Part shown: positions 13,076-25,490 of the stretch, piece by piece
Numbering within the stretch: position 1 is the first letter of the stretch
Layout of the letters: every line of letters begins with the position of its first letter
Source of the DNA: Heteronotia binoei
Lineage: Eukaryota
NCBI RefSeq assembly: GCF_032191835.1
Contig: NC_083223.1
Coordinates: 83,018,001-83,082,000, forward strand
Length of the DNA stretch: 64,000 nt
Direction of reading: 5' to 3'
The notes under the pieces: model-generated
What the model saw: only the letters and a program-made list of their open reading frames with translations
Told to the model about the DNA's origin: nothing
Database searches by the model: none
Position numbers and translations under genes: made by a program

Positions 13076-14149
13076 TACAGGGACTACTGATACAATAAGT
13101 AATGGATTCAATGAGGGTATATAAATACTTCCTCTTGGAAAAAAAATACATTGGCTTGTGTGAGGGGAGCAAAGAATCTACAGTCTAATGGATCTCCTGC
13201 ATCTTTGTTGAAAGTTTCAAAGCTTAGAAGCTCTGTTTCCACTTCTGCATCAGTTTCGGGATGACAACTTGCTACTGTACTACATATCTTGATGGACTGA
13301 CTTGATGTACTGACAGCAGTACAGTGAAGACAGTTTTGCAAATGTCCCATAGCATCTTGAGCTTTTATTACTTAACATTTTCTAGGTATAGGACCAGGCA
13401 TTAGAAGCATTTCCATGGCTGAAACCTGACTCTGCTCAGGTTGTTTTACAGACATAATAAAGATTACGTTCAGGATCAAACCAGCTGCATTAATAATCAC
13501 CACTATGCAGGGTCAAAGGGAGACATTTCCATGACTGGTTGGTAACACTGACTGGCAACCTTTCTCCCTTACCTTGCAGCTGGGCTCACTTCCTTGAGTG
13601 TGAACCACTGCTCAGTTATTCCCTTAGTTGGGCAGGCACATCCAGCAAAATGTGATTTCAGTGATCATGTTGCTTGGCATAATTATTATGTTGTTTACAG
13701 TGGGGTGGTGTAGTGTCATTAGAGGAATACATGAATTCAGTATGTGTGCTGAAGAGGGAGGTACTTGAGGCAAATGCTTACTTCGCTTGTGTTTCTACTT
13801 CTTTCCTGATCTGGAACATTAAGGGAAAAGGAAGACGTACAGAGAATACAATGGCACCAGGAAAAATTGTAAGGGGCTTCTCAGTGTACCCTCATATTAG
13901 GGGAGATTTATACACTATGTTAATTGCTGGCTAACCTGCATGTGTGAATGCATCATCACCACTATGTATTGCTTGTAATACTAAAGCAGATCAATATATC
14001 TCTAAAAATAACAAATTGACACAAATCACCTAAATCCCAAGACCTAGCAAAACATACATACACCACTATTCTTTTCTGTGCATACTCTTCCATATAAAAC
14101 CAGCCAATCCGAAAAAGAAAACACTACCTCAATTTTTAAAAAGAAAACA

Positions 14150-14520
14150 GGACCAAGTGATGTGGATGGCAATATGTCAAATGAAGATCAGTTAGTCTTA
14201 AGGTGATGCAAATGGAGCATGCAATCCTAGCGATAAATATCCACATACTGGGTCTGAACTGGTAGCAACTAACCAACAAATGCCTTGAGTTTGGTGTGGG
14301 CAACCTGATGAAAATGCCTACTCAATGCGCAAGCAGTCACAAAAGAAGGCAATTTCTGCACTGAGAATAGATGAGGGGTTGAAAGGGGAGAAACTGCAGT
14401 CGTGATGGTAATGTCTATGGTGCAGATGCATTTTAAATCAACCTAGCCTCAGAGAGGATATTAAAAAGCTAGAGAAAGTGCTAGAGACAGCCAAAATGCT
14501 TAAGAGATCTGAAAGCAGAC
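14150..14520 (+). mobile_element. Old CR1 ORF2 fragment
   Basis: Degenerate CR1 motifs (tacatactgggtctgaactgg; ggatattaaaaagctagagaaagtgc). Confidence 0.5.
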
Positions 14521-14547
14521 ACCAGGAAAGGGGGGAGCGGATCTCCA

Positions 14548-14766
14548 CAGTTCTGTTTATATCCCACCTTTTCATGCAGGAGCTCAGAGTGATATACACA
14601 GCTCTTCACCCGCTGCCCATTTTATCTGCACAACAATTATCCCTCTCTCAGGTTAGACTGTGAGAGTGAAGATCACCACCTGTCAGCCAGAGAGCTTCAG
14701 GGTTAAGCGGAGATTTGAAACCGAGTTTCCTAATCCTAATCCCACAGTTTAACCGCTACACCACAG
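14548..14766 (-). mobile_element. tRNA-derived SINE
   Basis: Minus strand head tggtgtagcggttaa...ggtttcaaatctcc; typical squamate SINE body and tail. Confidence 0.7.
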
Positions 14767-14769
14767 ATT

Positions 14770-15300
14770 TATGGGAAGCAGCACCCCAGCGGAAAGCCCC
14801 ACCACAAGCCGCAAAGTGCCATCCGAACTGTCCCGCCCTGTCCTTTTCCCTTCTCTTGCCAGCCCGCCACAGTTTACCTGCCACGGGTTGCCCTCGCCTC
14901 GGACAGTGCAACCACCGGGGTGGGATCTTGTTGAAGGACATAGCGAGGCCGAAGACAACAGGGGCTCGCACAGCGCGGCCCCCTCGCCTCCAGCAGCCAC
15001 CGCCACTTTCATCCGCCTCCCAGCCCACAGCGACGCCGCCAAACCACAATGCACCGCTCTCGAGAGAAACCGGTTCCGCTTCCGAGAGTCCAGCCGCGCC
15101 GGTCTGCCCAAGCAAAGAAGGCGGGGCCTCTCGTCTCTATAGCATCGCGACTGACGGAGGGATGCGTCATGGACTCTGTTTCCGGGTCCAAGTTCCCTGT
15201 TTGTTTGGGGACTCTCCATTTTGTGTTGCTAGGGTAGTGAAAGCACCGCGAGGTTGCTAGCGGACGTGGAGCGTGGAAAGAAACACTTCCGCATTTTGTT
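14770..15300. promoter_or_regulatory. RNGTT: CpG island / RNGTT promoter and 5' UTR
   Basis: High CpG density around exon 1; ETS-like cores (ccggttccgcttccg, acttccgc). Confidence 0.8.
14878..14941 (-). CDS. RNGTT: RNGTT exon 1 (coding part)
   Basis: ATG at 14941; 64 nt; [21 protein letters not shown](G)|gtaaac; matches the vertebrate RNGTT N-terminus. Confidence 0.97.
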
Positions 15301-15450
15301 GAATACTGGATTTAGAGTGAAGGGATCATGTAATTAGTTTGACGTTTGCTCCAACCTGAGTGATGCTTTGCGCTCGGAGGTCTTTTGCTGCACCATCAAG
15401 CCCAATTTAAACAACTAATTCTGTTGCTATACAAAAGAGCCTTCAAAAGA

Positions 15451-15594
15451 TCTGATCCCCTCCTCTGATGAAGTGTGCTTAGAGAACACACGAAAGCTTA
15501 CGTTCTGAATAAAACTTGGTTAGTCTTAAAGGTGAGACTTGACTCCTGCTTTGTTCAGCTGCTTCAGACCAACACGGCTGCCCACCTGGATCTA
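15451..15594 (+). mobile_element. Penelope-like element terminal fragment
   Basis: tctgatgaagtgtgcttagagaacacacgaaagcttacgttctgaataaaacttggttagtcttaaaggtg; related copies at about 28108-28265, 34712-34806, 35148-35325, 51325-51420. Confidence 0.65.
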
Positions 15595-15928
15595 ACTTCA
15601 AATACGAGCACTGTGTTCCAGCTAAGAGCTTTCATGAATTAGTACCCGTTTCCCCTGGTGCATGAAATGAATTAAGTGCAGTCGATATATGTGGGGGTGG
15701 AGGTTTGCGAACAATGATGTTAAAAGGCCATGAAATGCAAGATGTTTAGTGTTTCAGCTGACTAATGATTTCAAACGACATCCACCTATAGGCGCTGGGG
15801 ACGAAAGCCATCCACTGGAAACATCTGGATAACTTGCTGCGTATTTGTTGCATTTGCCGCACTTGTCTCTTTCTTGATAAGGATTTAGTAGGCGATAACT
15901 CTTAATGCCTCTATTACAGACTTGTAAG

Positions 15929-16124
15929 CAGGGCTTTCTTTGTAGAAAAAGCCCAGTAGGAACTCATTTGCATATTAGGCCACACCCCCTGACATCACCG
16001 TTATTTCGCATGGGGCTTTTGTAAAAAAACCTCAGCATGACCTCATTTGCATATTAGGCCACACCCCTTTGTGCCAAGCCAGCCAGAACTGTGTTCCTGT
16101 GCATTCCTGCTCAAAAAAGCCCTG
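15929..16124. mobile_element. hAT MITE (196 bp, octamer-bearing family)
   Basis: TIR cagggcttt...aaagccctg; perfect 8-bp TSD cttgtaag (15921-15928 / 16125-16132). Confidence 0.92.
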
Positions 16125-16237
16125 CTTGTAAGGAAACTTATCTCTTAACTCCAGCTCCAGTGTGAAATGCAAAAATCATGAGAAAGTGGTGGTTATCTTC
16201 ACTCTCCAATAGAAAAATGTTACCAAACGGGTCATAA

Positions 16238-16351
16238 GGAAAGGAAAGGTCCCCTGTGCAAGCACCAGTCGTTTCCGACTCTGAGGTGACGTTGCTTTCA
16301 CAATGTTTTCATGGCAGACTTTTTACGGGGTGGTTTGCCATTGCCTTCCCC
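16238..16351 (-). mobile_element. 5'-truncated Sauria-type SINE (BovB-related tail)
   Basis: ggaaaggaaaggtcccctgtgcaagcaccagtc...ggtttgccattgccttcccc; 12-bp TSD aacgggtcataa / aatgggtcataa. Confidence 0.85.
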
Positions 16352-16666
16352 AATGGGTCATAAATCACTGTCCTATATCACCACCACTACCCCACCTCAC
16401 CTGCTGCAATAATATTGGACTACGTTGCAGGAGTGTTGTGATTCTCAGTCTTCTCTTCCTCTCAGTCTTGCAATTCAGATGTGCCTGAACTACCATACGG
16501 AAGTCATCGTGGATGTTTATTTTCTCTTGTAACATAGAACACCATTGCAAAACAATTTTGCTAATTTTTTTAAACAACCAAAATTACCCCACAAGAAGAC
16601 CTAAGTCTGCAAATAGCACAGCCCTAGATAGCAGAGACCCAAGAAGTGTCATTACAGTGAGATGAG

Positions 16667-17132
16667 AGCTGGATTATGGTAAGGAAAATGAATGGAAATA
16701 AAGAAGGAAAGGAGAATGACCCAAAAGCCCTTTTTGCTAAAGGTGAGGGGAAAGAAAACACAGTTACACTTACTTGTAACTGTTGTTCATCAAGTGGTCT
16801 TCTATGCAGGCACATACGGGACTGCACACGCATAGGCCAGCCATAGCAAAAACACAAAATGGCTGCCCCACCTTACCTTTAGCCACTCAGTGAAGATCCT
16901 TGTGCTATACTGGTGGCTGCTGCCAATGCAACATCCGTAAAAATCTGTGCAGCTAATCAAATCTCCCGTGACCAATCAGAAGCCTTGCTAGGCAAAAAAA
17001 CCCCCACCTAGCTGGATTATGGTAAGGAAAATGAATGGAAATAAAGAAGGAAAGGAGAATGACCCCAAAGCCCTTTTTGCTAAAGGTAAGGGGAAAACAC
17101 AGTTGCACTTACTTGTAACTATTGTTCATCAA
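16667..17132 (+). repeat. Direct repeat of about 125 bp (16667-16793 and 17010-17132)
   Basis: agctggattatggtaaggaaaatgaatgg...cttacttgtaact(g/a)ttgttcatcaa occurs twice, nearly identical. Confidence 0.9.
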
Positions 17133-17307
17133 AACACTTGGTGGGTGCCTGATGTGTAGGCACCATGGTGCCCATGACATAGACTGTTGCTACTTCTGTA
17201 ACAGATTTGGAGACGCCAGATGCAATTCCATACCTGAAGTTAAACAGGTATGAACAAAGATAATATTTGGGTCAGCCATCACTCTGGTAGGAGTTGACCT
17301 TGAAAGG

Positions 17308-17445
17308 GCAACTGCTGTAAGAGCTCTCTTAGCCCCACGTATCTCACAGGGTGTCTGTTGTGGTGGGGGGGAGAGATAAAGAAGATTGTGGCCGCTCTGA
17401 GATTCAGAGTGTAGGGTGGAATATAAATTCAAATCCAATGTCTGG
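17308..17445 (+). mobile_element. Squam3-like SINE 3' half
   Basis: ctcttagccccacgtatctcacagggtgtctgttgtgg...gctctgagattcagagtgtagggtggaatataaat. Confidence 0.7.
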
Positions 17446-18043
17446 GAGACTACATGAGAATTCTGCGTATGATAAATGGAGCACAGGAACAGCAAGTCAT
17501 TAATATATTTAAAAATATAAATGCCTTGTTTTCATATTTAGCCACTCCTAGGAAGAATGTATTTTATTAATGTTTTACTGCATAATGTTGTGATTAGGCC
17601 CCCTACACTGAGAGATGACTCACATTACTGAGCCTGCATATCCTTTGAAAACAGCTCACCTCAATTGAATAAAGAGCCTGCAGATCAGCATTGTACCTTG
17701 GCTGAGACGGACGTTTCATATGGCTTTCAATTTATTGTGGAACCATCATCAGGTTCAGGAAAGCATTTCCTCTGGCTGCCCACAAGGGGGCAGTAAACTA
17801 TAGCAGGCTCAATCAGCTCATAGTGCTTGTCTCTTAGAGTATTGTTCTTAAAGCACAACTTTGGGCATGAGTCTGTTAAATCGGGTTTTTAAAAAGGAAA
17901 CTAGCATCAGAAAATATATTAAGATTTAAAACATTTTCAGAAACACAGTCCTCTAGTTAAGTACCTAGCTCCATAGCAGCTCTTAGGAGCGCTGACTCCT
18001 CCACTGGACAACTGTTTCCTTTTTCTTATTCCTTATTCATGCC

Positions 18044-18241
18044 CAGGACTTTTTTTTGTGGAAAAAGTCCAGCAGGGATGCATTTGCATATTAGGCCACA
18101 CCCTTACATCACCATTATTTCACACATGGCTTTTTTGTAGAAAAAGCACAGCAGGAACTCATTTGCATGTTAGGCCACACCCACTGGTGCCGAGCCAGCT
18201 GGAACTACATTCCTGTGTGTTCCTGCTAAAAAAAACCCCTG
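18044..18241. mobile_element. hAT MITE, same family as 15929
   Basis: caggactttttttt...aaaaaaccctg with the same internal duplicated catttgcatattaggccacac unit. Confidence 0.85.
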
Positions 18242-18349
18242 ATGCCATTCTTGCTGAGACTCAAGGATGAGTACAAGTTTTTAAAAAACAACGCAATAAA
18301 GAGAGCAGTATAAGACATTCCTTAATCAATCCGACAACAGCATTATAAC

Positions 18350-18548
18350 CAGGACTTTTTTGTAGAAAAACCCAACAGGAACTCATTTGCATATTAGGCC
18401 ACACACCCTGACATTGCCATTGTTTCATGCAGGGCTTTTTGTGGAAAAAGCCCAGCAGGGACTCATTTGCATATCAGGCCACACCCCCAGATGCCAAGCC
18501 AGCCAGAACTGCGTTCCTGTGCGTTTCTGCTCAGAAAAAAAAGCCCTT
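18350..18548. mobile_element. hAT MITE, same family as 15929
   Basis: caggacttttttgtag...aaaaaagccctt; TSD attataac / attataga. Confidence 0.85.
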
Positions 18549-19355
18549 ATTATAGACATGAGAAAACAATGTAGTAAAAACAAGATCATAATACAGCCCT
18601 GTTCCCTTTCAAAAAAGTACCTTCCTAATCAATGTTAAATGATCTAAGGTTCTGTTTGGGTGTTTGTTTGTTTTTACTTTTTAAAATATAAGCTGAAAGG
18701 GGGAAAGACACTCATTCTTTTGTAATTATGGTCCTCTACTTTTTTGCTGTCATGGCCCAGGTAAGCTGACTGTGAATGACTAGGCTGCAATCCTGACATG
18801 CTTAATAGCAGTGGTGACCAAACTTGCTTCAAGTAAGAGCCACATAGAATAAAGATCAGGTGTTTGAAAGCCACAAGACATGAACATCAGATGAGAGCTG
18901 GACGGAAGATAAATAGATTGGAGGAGGGCGGGAGAGGTAGAAAGAAACCAACTTTAACTTCAGATGTATTCTCCAAGCCAACATCTGGCTTGGCTTGGCG
19001 AAATGATTTAAGGAGAGAAATGCCTTCTCCAAGCCGACCAATGGGGCAGTGAGGGCTTTGAGAGCCACACAATGTGTGAAAGAGCCACATGCGGCTCCCA
19101 AGCTAGAATTTGGCCGCTACTGCTTAACAGGATAAATTCCCATTTAGCTCAGTAGGATTTACCTCTGAATTACAATGCTTAGGATTGCACTGCACATCTT
19201 GAAAACAATGGTGCTGACATGAAACTATTTTTCCAATGGAGCATAGTCACAAAGTGACTTCCACTGGACCATAGTCCATCTAAATCCACTACAAAGTAGC
19301 TCCCTTGCAAATTATCCTTTGTTTGATTCTTAACATTTTTATGTAGCATTTACAT

Positions 19356-19369
19356 CACCAGGTGGCGCC
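19356..19369 (+). promoter_or_regulatory. Candidate CTCF binding site
   Basis: (t)caccaggtggcgcc, close match to the CTCF core CCASYAGRKGGCRS. Confidence 0.55.
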
Positions 19370-20603
19370 ATAATTCTATATACGGCATATCCTCCATTAT
19401 TTAAAAGTGTTGGGATTTTAAGGGCTGCAGCCCAAACACGGCATAATAACCAGTATCTGTGATATCATCCAATTCTGACATGTATTTCTTTTTGTGTGTT
19501 TTTTGTTTGGGTCAGTTGATCGGAATGCATGAATAAGATAACTTGCTGAAGCAGGAAGTAAACCAGTATTCTGCCAAATAAATCATTATAAGTATATAAT
19601 CATGAACTGGAATGAACTATTGCATTGTCTTGTGAATTAGCATTAATGAACATAACCAGTCTCTTTTGGGGGGGAGGGGGGCAATTTGCTTTTTAACACT
19701 ATTCACTTGTGGCCCTTTAGTATTTGGTTCTTATAACTTTACATAGTTTTCACCAACTCACGCATAGTTACTTTATTTACAAGTACTGTGACTTGTATTC
19801 AATGACTCTCAATGGGTAGAAAAGAGTGAAAGCAAACAGGAACACCTTTTCCCCAGCTGGTCTTTCTCAGCCACCATAACTTACCTTTCTTTCCCACTAC
19901 AGATAGACTTCAGGGAGTCCTGCTTTCCCGAACCATCCTGAGAAGTATTATTTTGCCAAACTGATGGTCTCCCATCCTAACTGTATGAGTTAAACAATAA
20001 CTAGTTTCTTGGAACAGTATCTTTCATTCCTAGCTTGCATGCCACCTCCTCATCCCAGCCAGCAGGACAGGGCAAGGAGACAGCTAAAGAGGTCTCCCAA
20101 AGTGAAGATGAAAGATACCTTTTCCTGGGTATGCTTCCAAACACAGTCATCGCCACAGCTATGTTTTCCCCCCAGGAAAAAAAATATGCTCCAAATACGA
20201 AGAATTTCCTAGAGAACATCACTTACAGACAACTGGTGGGGAGGGGGGAAAGAGGGGAGGATAACTGTTCAATTAAAGTATTTTAACAATAGACATTAAG
20301 GTATACAACTCAAATCTGCAAAGGGATACTGGTCTTGCAAGAACTATTCTGTTCATGTTAACTTTGAGACCTTGACTTTTAAGTATGCAAACATTTACAA
20401 ATTGCAGCAGAACTAGATAGGAAATCTCCTTCTCTGTTAGGAACATGACCTACTTCAGCCTTTGATGATACTTCTCTATTGTTGAAACAGACTGCATCAG
20501 CAGTGAATCCAGTGTTTCAAAGCAGCTAAAAGTACATTCGGGTCCACTCTGGAAATCAGACCTGTTTCAGAAAATGCTACATGCAAGCTCTACTGTTCTG
20601 AAC

Positions 20604-20870
20604 TAGGGGTGCCAATCCCCAGTTGGGGCCAGGGGATTCCCTGGTTTGGAGGCCCTCCCCCCTCCTTCAGGGTTATCAGAAAGTGGGAGTGGGGTGGGAA
20701 ATGTCTGGTGGGCACTCCCTTATTCCCTATGGAGACCGATCACAGGGTGTAATGGAGAATTAATCTGTGGGTATCTGAAGCTCAGAGGGTGGGCTGTTTT
20801 TTGAGGTAGAGGCACCATATTTTCAGCATAGCATCTAGTGCCTCTCCTCAAAAAACCCCCAAGTTTCAAA
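20604..20870. mobile_element. MITE of the tagggttgcca-type family
   Basis: taggggtgccaatccccagttgggg...; related copies near 6102-6190 and 39904-40295. Confidence 0.6.
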
Positions 20871-20882
20871 TGTGCTGAGCTG

Positions 20883-21421
20883 CAGAGGTCATTCTGTAGA
20901 AAAAGAGGTGCCAGAGCTCATTAGCATAACTCATTTGCATATGGCACACAGCCCTGGCATCACTGGAAGGTTTACTAAATTATATCAGCTCAACATCTCT
21001 CTTAAAATGCTTCTTGAATTATAATTGTCATAATAAAACCTTACTCCCATTATACTTTTAAATTACTTTCTCCTATGTGGCCACAGTGGCATGATGATGA
21101 TTTCCATCTGTCTGCTTTATGTGTTTTAGTTATTTTCCAAAAGTTTGTCAGATCTTAAGAGTTCAGCAAAATTCCCACAGGGAGTTTGAACAATGGTGCC
21201 CAGAAGCAAGTGTTGGGGAAGGTGGGGGTTTAAGAAAGAAAAAGCACAATAAAATTTAGGGGTTCCAGAGTTCCACTCCTGTGAGCTCCTGCCCAAAATG
21301 AGGCCTACTGAGCTGTTATAATTTAGTAACCTGCCGGCGATGTCAGGGGTGTGTGGCATATGAGTTAAGCAAATGAGTTGTGCTAATGAGCTCAAAAAAT
21401 CTTTTTCTACTAAATGGCCTA
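20883..21421. mobile_element. hAT MITE with long terminal inverted repeats
   Basis: tagaaaaagaggtgccagagctcattagcataactcatttgc mirrored by gcaaatgagttgtgctaatgagctc...tttttctac. Confidence 0.8.
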
Positions 21422-23404
21422 TCATCCTAAACACAGTTACACCTTTCAAAACTGGTTGACTGCAATGGATTTACAAGGGTGCATTCTTGCTTACAATACC
21501 ACTGCACTTGTCTTAATGGAATCTGAAGTACTTATATGCATACAGCATAATCCACAACTTTTCTCAGGAAAAAAAATGAGAACTCTTACATCTGGTCACA
21601 TTTCATTCTGGTTAAAAAAAAAAAAACAACATTTCATATTAAGCAGTGTAATTCATACTACCCCGGATGTCTAAATGAACATGTTACAAAGCTATTAGAA
21701 GTTATTGAACTCTCTCTCCCTCTCCCTATATATACAGAGAGTCTAATAGTTTTATAATGTTTGAGTGTGTGTGTATGTGTGTGTAATATATAAAGAAACT
21801 AGGGATGAGTGTGCACTCCAAAAGGAAATATTCAGAACTGCCTGAGCTACTCCAGTCTAGTGATGAATTTAAGAGAAATTACTCTCTTAATTTGATCAGA
21901 ATAAAAGGACTGGACACAAACTTAATTTAAATATGCATGTCTTGTTTTCCTAAACACAATCTAGGGGACAAGAAATGAATAGACATTCACAGTGTTAAAG
22001 CTGCATTGTAGGAGTCATCATATTTAGATCTTGTTCAAAGCAAATACATGAAATTATCATTTGAAGTAGTCATGCTTCTTCTTTTCATTCTGGTTGCAGA
22101 AAGGACACACTGTCAGTGGATTCTCAGCATACAAAGTAAAACAAAGACATTGTTGTGCTATCACACGGAATAAAAAATAAGGGAAGAGAATGTTTCTGGC
22201 TAGGGGAGAAAAAAATCCTCATTAAGCAGCATACCATAATTTGTCATTTTCCTCCACTGTGCATCTTTGGTGTTGGCTAAACATAACTCATAGTAGAATG
22301 TCTAATATTAGAAATTTTTAAACTGACACTTCTAATAAACCTATGTTATAAATATTTAGCCTTGCTAAATGTGTCACTTTGCTCATGCTCAGATCAGGAA
22401 CTTCCAAAATGCCAGGCAAGTTAATGTTCATAAGTACGTTCATATTACGTTGGTTTGGTTCAAAACAGAAACTAGGACAAGGAGTTTTATCTGTTCTTGC
22501 ACCGTATTTCCTAATAAGGAAAATTGGCAGGATGCCCCTCCCACAAGCTGGTTTCCAGGCAATGTGTTTCCTGCTGCCTCTTTTGCTGACACATAATTGT
22601 TGCAATCAAGAAATTTCCCAGCACCATGTGAATGTCAGTAGTCATCCACAAACTACGTAGTTTCACTTCTACTTTAATTAAGACACACAGGAAAATCCAG
22701 CCCATGATTTTAATAGATTTTGTGTTCCATTGTCTTATTAAATATACGGTTTGGCTGTATGCACATTTTATTTCTCCTGAGCAACATCACTGTCTGGGAA
22801 ACTAGCCTCACATATATGTGTGTGTGTGATTTTGGTACTGACTCTAGTTTGGAATTATATTTCCATGCTTAGATTGTTTTTAATAAGCATGCATGGACTG
22901 ACATTTATCAATATTTTCTAGGAACCTTATGATGGTTGAAAATGAACGTTGTTTTTTTTCTTTGGGGGAAGGTGACTTCTGGAACAGAGAGTGAACTGAC
23001 AGATAAGTACTGAACAAAGAAAAAGCAGCTGTATAAAAGTTTCTATAGCAGAACATTCTTTTCCACTCTAGTGAAGCAGAAATAATCCCCCAAACCTAGA
23101 AACTTGTTTCCAAAAGAATGTACATAAAAGAGTGTACAGGCATCTCCATTGTAGGATCAAGTTGTAGGTGATGTGAAGAACCTCAGCCTGAGATCCTAGA
23201 GAGTCACTGCCAGTTTGAGTAGACAGTACTTTGATGGACCACCAAAGGTCAAATTTGGTATAAGGCATCTTCATGTGTAAACACTGTAAACAACATTTTC
23301 TCTTTCAAACCACCTTCAGCCCTGAAGAAGCTATTGTCCACCTCCAGCTTTAATAGTCCTTTCACATGGAGATACAACAGTGAGCTATTCTAGCATGCAC
23401 AGGC

Positions 23405-25490
23405 ATTTTTATTTATTTTACTTTTATTTTGGTAAATTTACATTCCGCCCTTTCCCAAGTGGGCTCAGGGCAGATTACAGCCAGATAAAACCAGTCAAAT
23501 ACAATAAAATCAGTAAAATGCAATTAAAACAATAACACAACACAGTACTATATGACAAAGGTGGGCGGGCAGGCTCATAGTGCAGGTTAGAGTATAATTA
23601 GTGGCCCAGATATGATAATTCAGATGGTGGATCACTGTGGGGGAGGATAGCCGATGGTATAGGCAATAAGGAGAAGGACACCCACTTGCCTCATCCAAAT
23701 GCCTAGCGGAACAGCTCCATCTTACAGGCCGTATGGAAAGATAACAAATTCGGTAGGGCCCGTATCTCCATAGGGAGCTGATTCCACCAGGTTGGGTCGA
23801 GGCAAGACGGACATCCTTTGGGCCAGGGATAACCAGAAGATGTCGGTTGGCAGATCATAGCAATCTTTGGGGCTCATATGGGGAGAGGTGGTCCCGCAAG
23901 TATGTTGGTCCCAGCCTGGCCACGTAAGGCTTTGAATGTCAATGTTAGAACCTTGAAGCAGATCTGGTACTCAACTGGTAACCAGTGCAATGTGCACAGC
24001 ATCGGTTGACTGCTTGCCCATACAGGCAATCCAGTTAGGAGCTATGCTGCCGCATTTTGCACCAGTTGGAGTTTTCGGATCAGTCTTGTAGAGTGAGTTG
24101 TTGTCGTTGTTCAGTCGCACAGTTGAGTCCAACTCTTTGTGACCCCATGGACAAAGTCACGCCAGGCCCTCCTGTCTTCCACCATCCTCCGAAGTCTGCT
24201 GAAATTCGTGTTTGTTATATCAGCAACGCTGTCCAGTCATCTCATCTTTTGCTGTCCCCTTCTTATTTTGCCTTCTATCTTTCCCAGCATCAGGATCTTC
24301 TCTAGTGAGTGCTTCCTTCTCATTTGGTGGCCAAAGTATTTGAGCTTCAGCTTCAGCATGTGACCTTCCAAGGACAGTCTGGGTTGATTTCCCTTAGGAC
24401 TGACTTGATCTTCTTGCAGTCCAAGGGACTCTCAAGATTCTTCTCCAGCACAGCTCAAAAGCATCTATTCTTCTGCGCTCAGCCTTCCTTATGGTCCAGC
24501 TCTCACAGCCATACCTTACTACTGGGAATACCATCGCTCTAACTATACGGACTTTTGTTGGCAGGGTGATGACTCCACTTTTTATTATACTGCCCAGGTT
24601 TGCCATAGCTGTCCTCCCAAGGAGCAAATGTCTTTTAATTTCATGACTACAGTCACCATCTGCAGTGATCTTGGACCCCAGAAATGTGAAGTCTGTCACT
24701 ACTTCCATGTTTTTCCCTTCTATTTGCCACAGTGCGATGGGGCCAGATGAAATGATCTTAGTTTTTTTTTATATTGAGTTTCAAGCCTACTTTTGTGCTC
24801 TCCTCCTTCACCCTCAAAAAGAGGTTCTTTAGGTCCTCCTCACTTTCTGCCATTAGAGTGAGTTACAGTAGTCCAACCTGGAAGTGACTGTTGGATAGAT
24901 CACTGTAGCTAGGTCCTGGGACGTCAGATAGGGCACCAAGTGTTTGGCCTGCCGAAGATGGTAGAAGGCAGATCGCGCAACTGCTGTGACTGGGCCTCCA
25001 TGGAAAGGGAGGTATCCAGTATCACCCCCAAACTCCTCACCTTCTCAGCTGGCACCAGAGGCATCATCTAGGGTGGGAAGTTGGATGCCCGATCCTAATC
25101 GCCCTCGACCCAGGTACAGGACCTCTTAGTTGAATTAAGCTTCAGCCGGCTTAACTGCAACCAACCTGCCACAGCTTATAACACTCTGGTCAGATGGTCT
25201 GGGGCGGCGTCTGAATGGCCGTCCATCAACAGATAGAGCTGGGTGTCATCTGAATATTGGTGGCAGCCCAGCCCAAAACCTCGGACAATCTGGGCAAGGG
25301 GGTGCATATAAATGTTAAACCTCACTGGTGAGAGAACAGCTCCCTGTGGCACACCGCATTCAAGTGGGTGCCGCAGAGAAGTCTGCTCACCAATCACCAC
25401 CCTTTGTCCCTGGCCACGGAGGAAGGAAGGAAGCCACTGTAAGGCTACCCATTGAACTCCAATATCGGCATCCAGTAGAAAAGGCTTAGA
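23405..25490 (-). mobile_element. L2-clade LINE 3' portion, interrupted by BovB
   Basis: RT motifs CGVPQGAVLSPVRFNIY and CHQYSDDTQLY (25176-25400); VTSRLDYCNSLY...KLQLVQNAAA spans the BovB insertion; A-rich 3' tail at about 23405. Confidence 0.88.
24100..24853 (-). mobile_element. BovB (RTE-clade) LINE, 5'-truncated
   Basis: ORF 24394-24708 EVVTDFTFLGSKITADGDCSHEIKRHLLLGR...RRIDAFEL is typical of BovB ORF C-terminus; (caa)n-like tail; 11-bp TSD tagagtgagtt (24089-24099 / 24854-24864). Confidence 0.93.

Noticed and set aside
13108-13350. Minus-strand ORF (EVETELLSF...GDPLDC) faintly like a hAT dimerisation domain
   Set aside because: Similarity is too weak to call by eye; lacks the conserved WW and has no TIRs. 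A profile search against the hAT C-terminal domain would settle it
14715-15260. Several 120-180 aa ORFs over the RNGTT first exon
   Set aside because: CpG-island artefacts; only the 64-nt RNGTT exon has support
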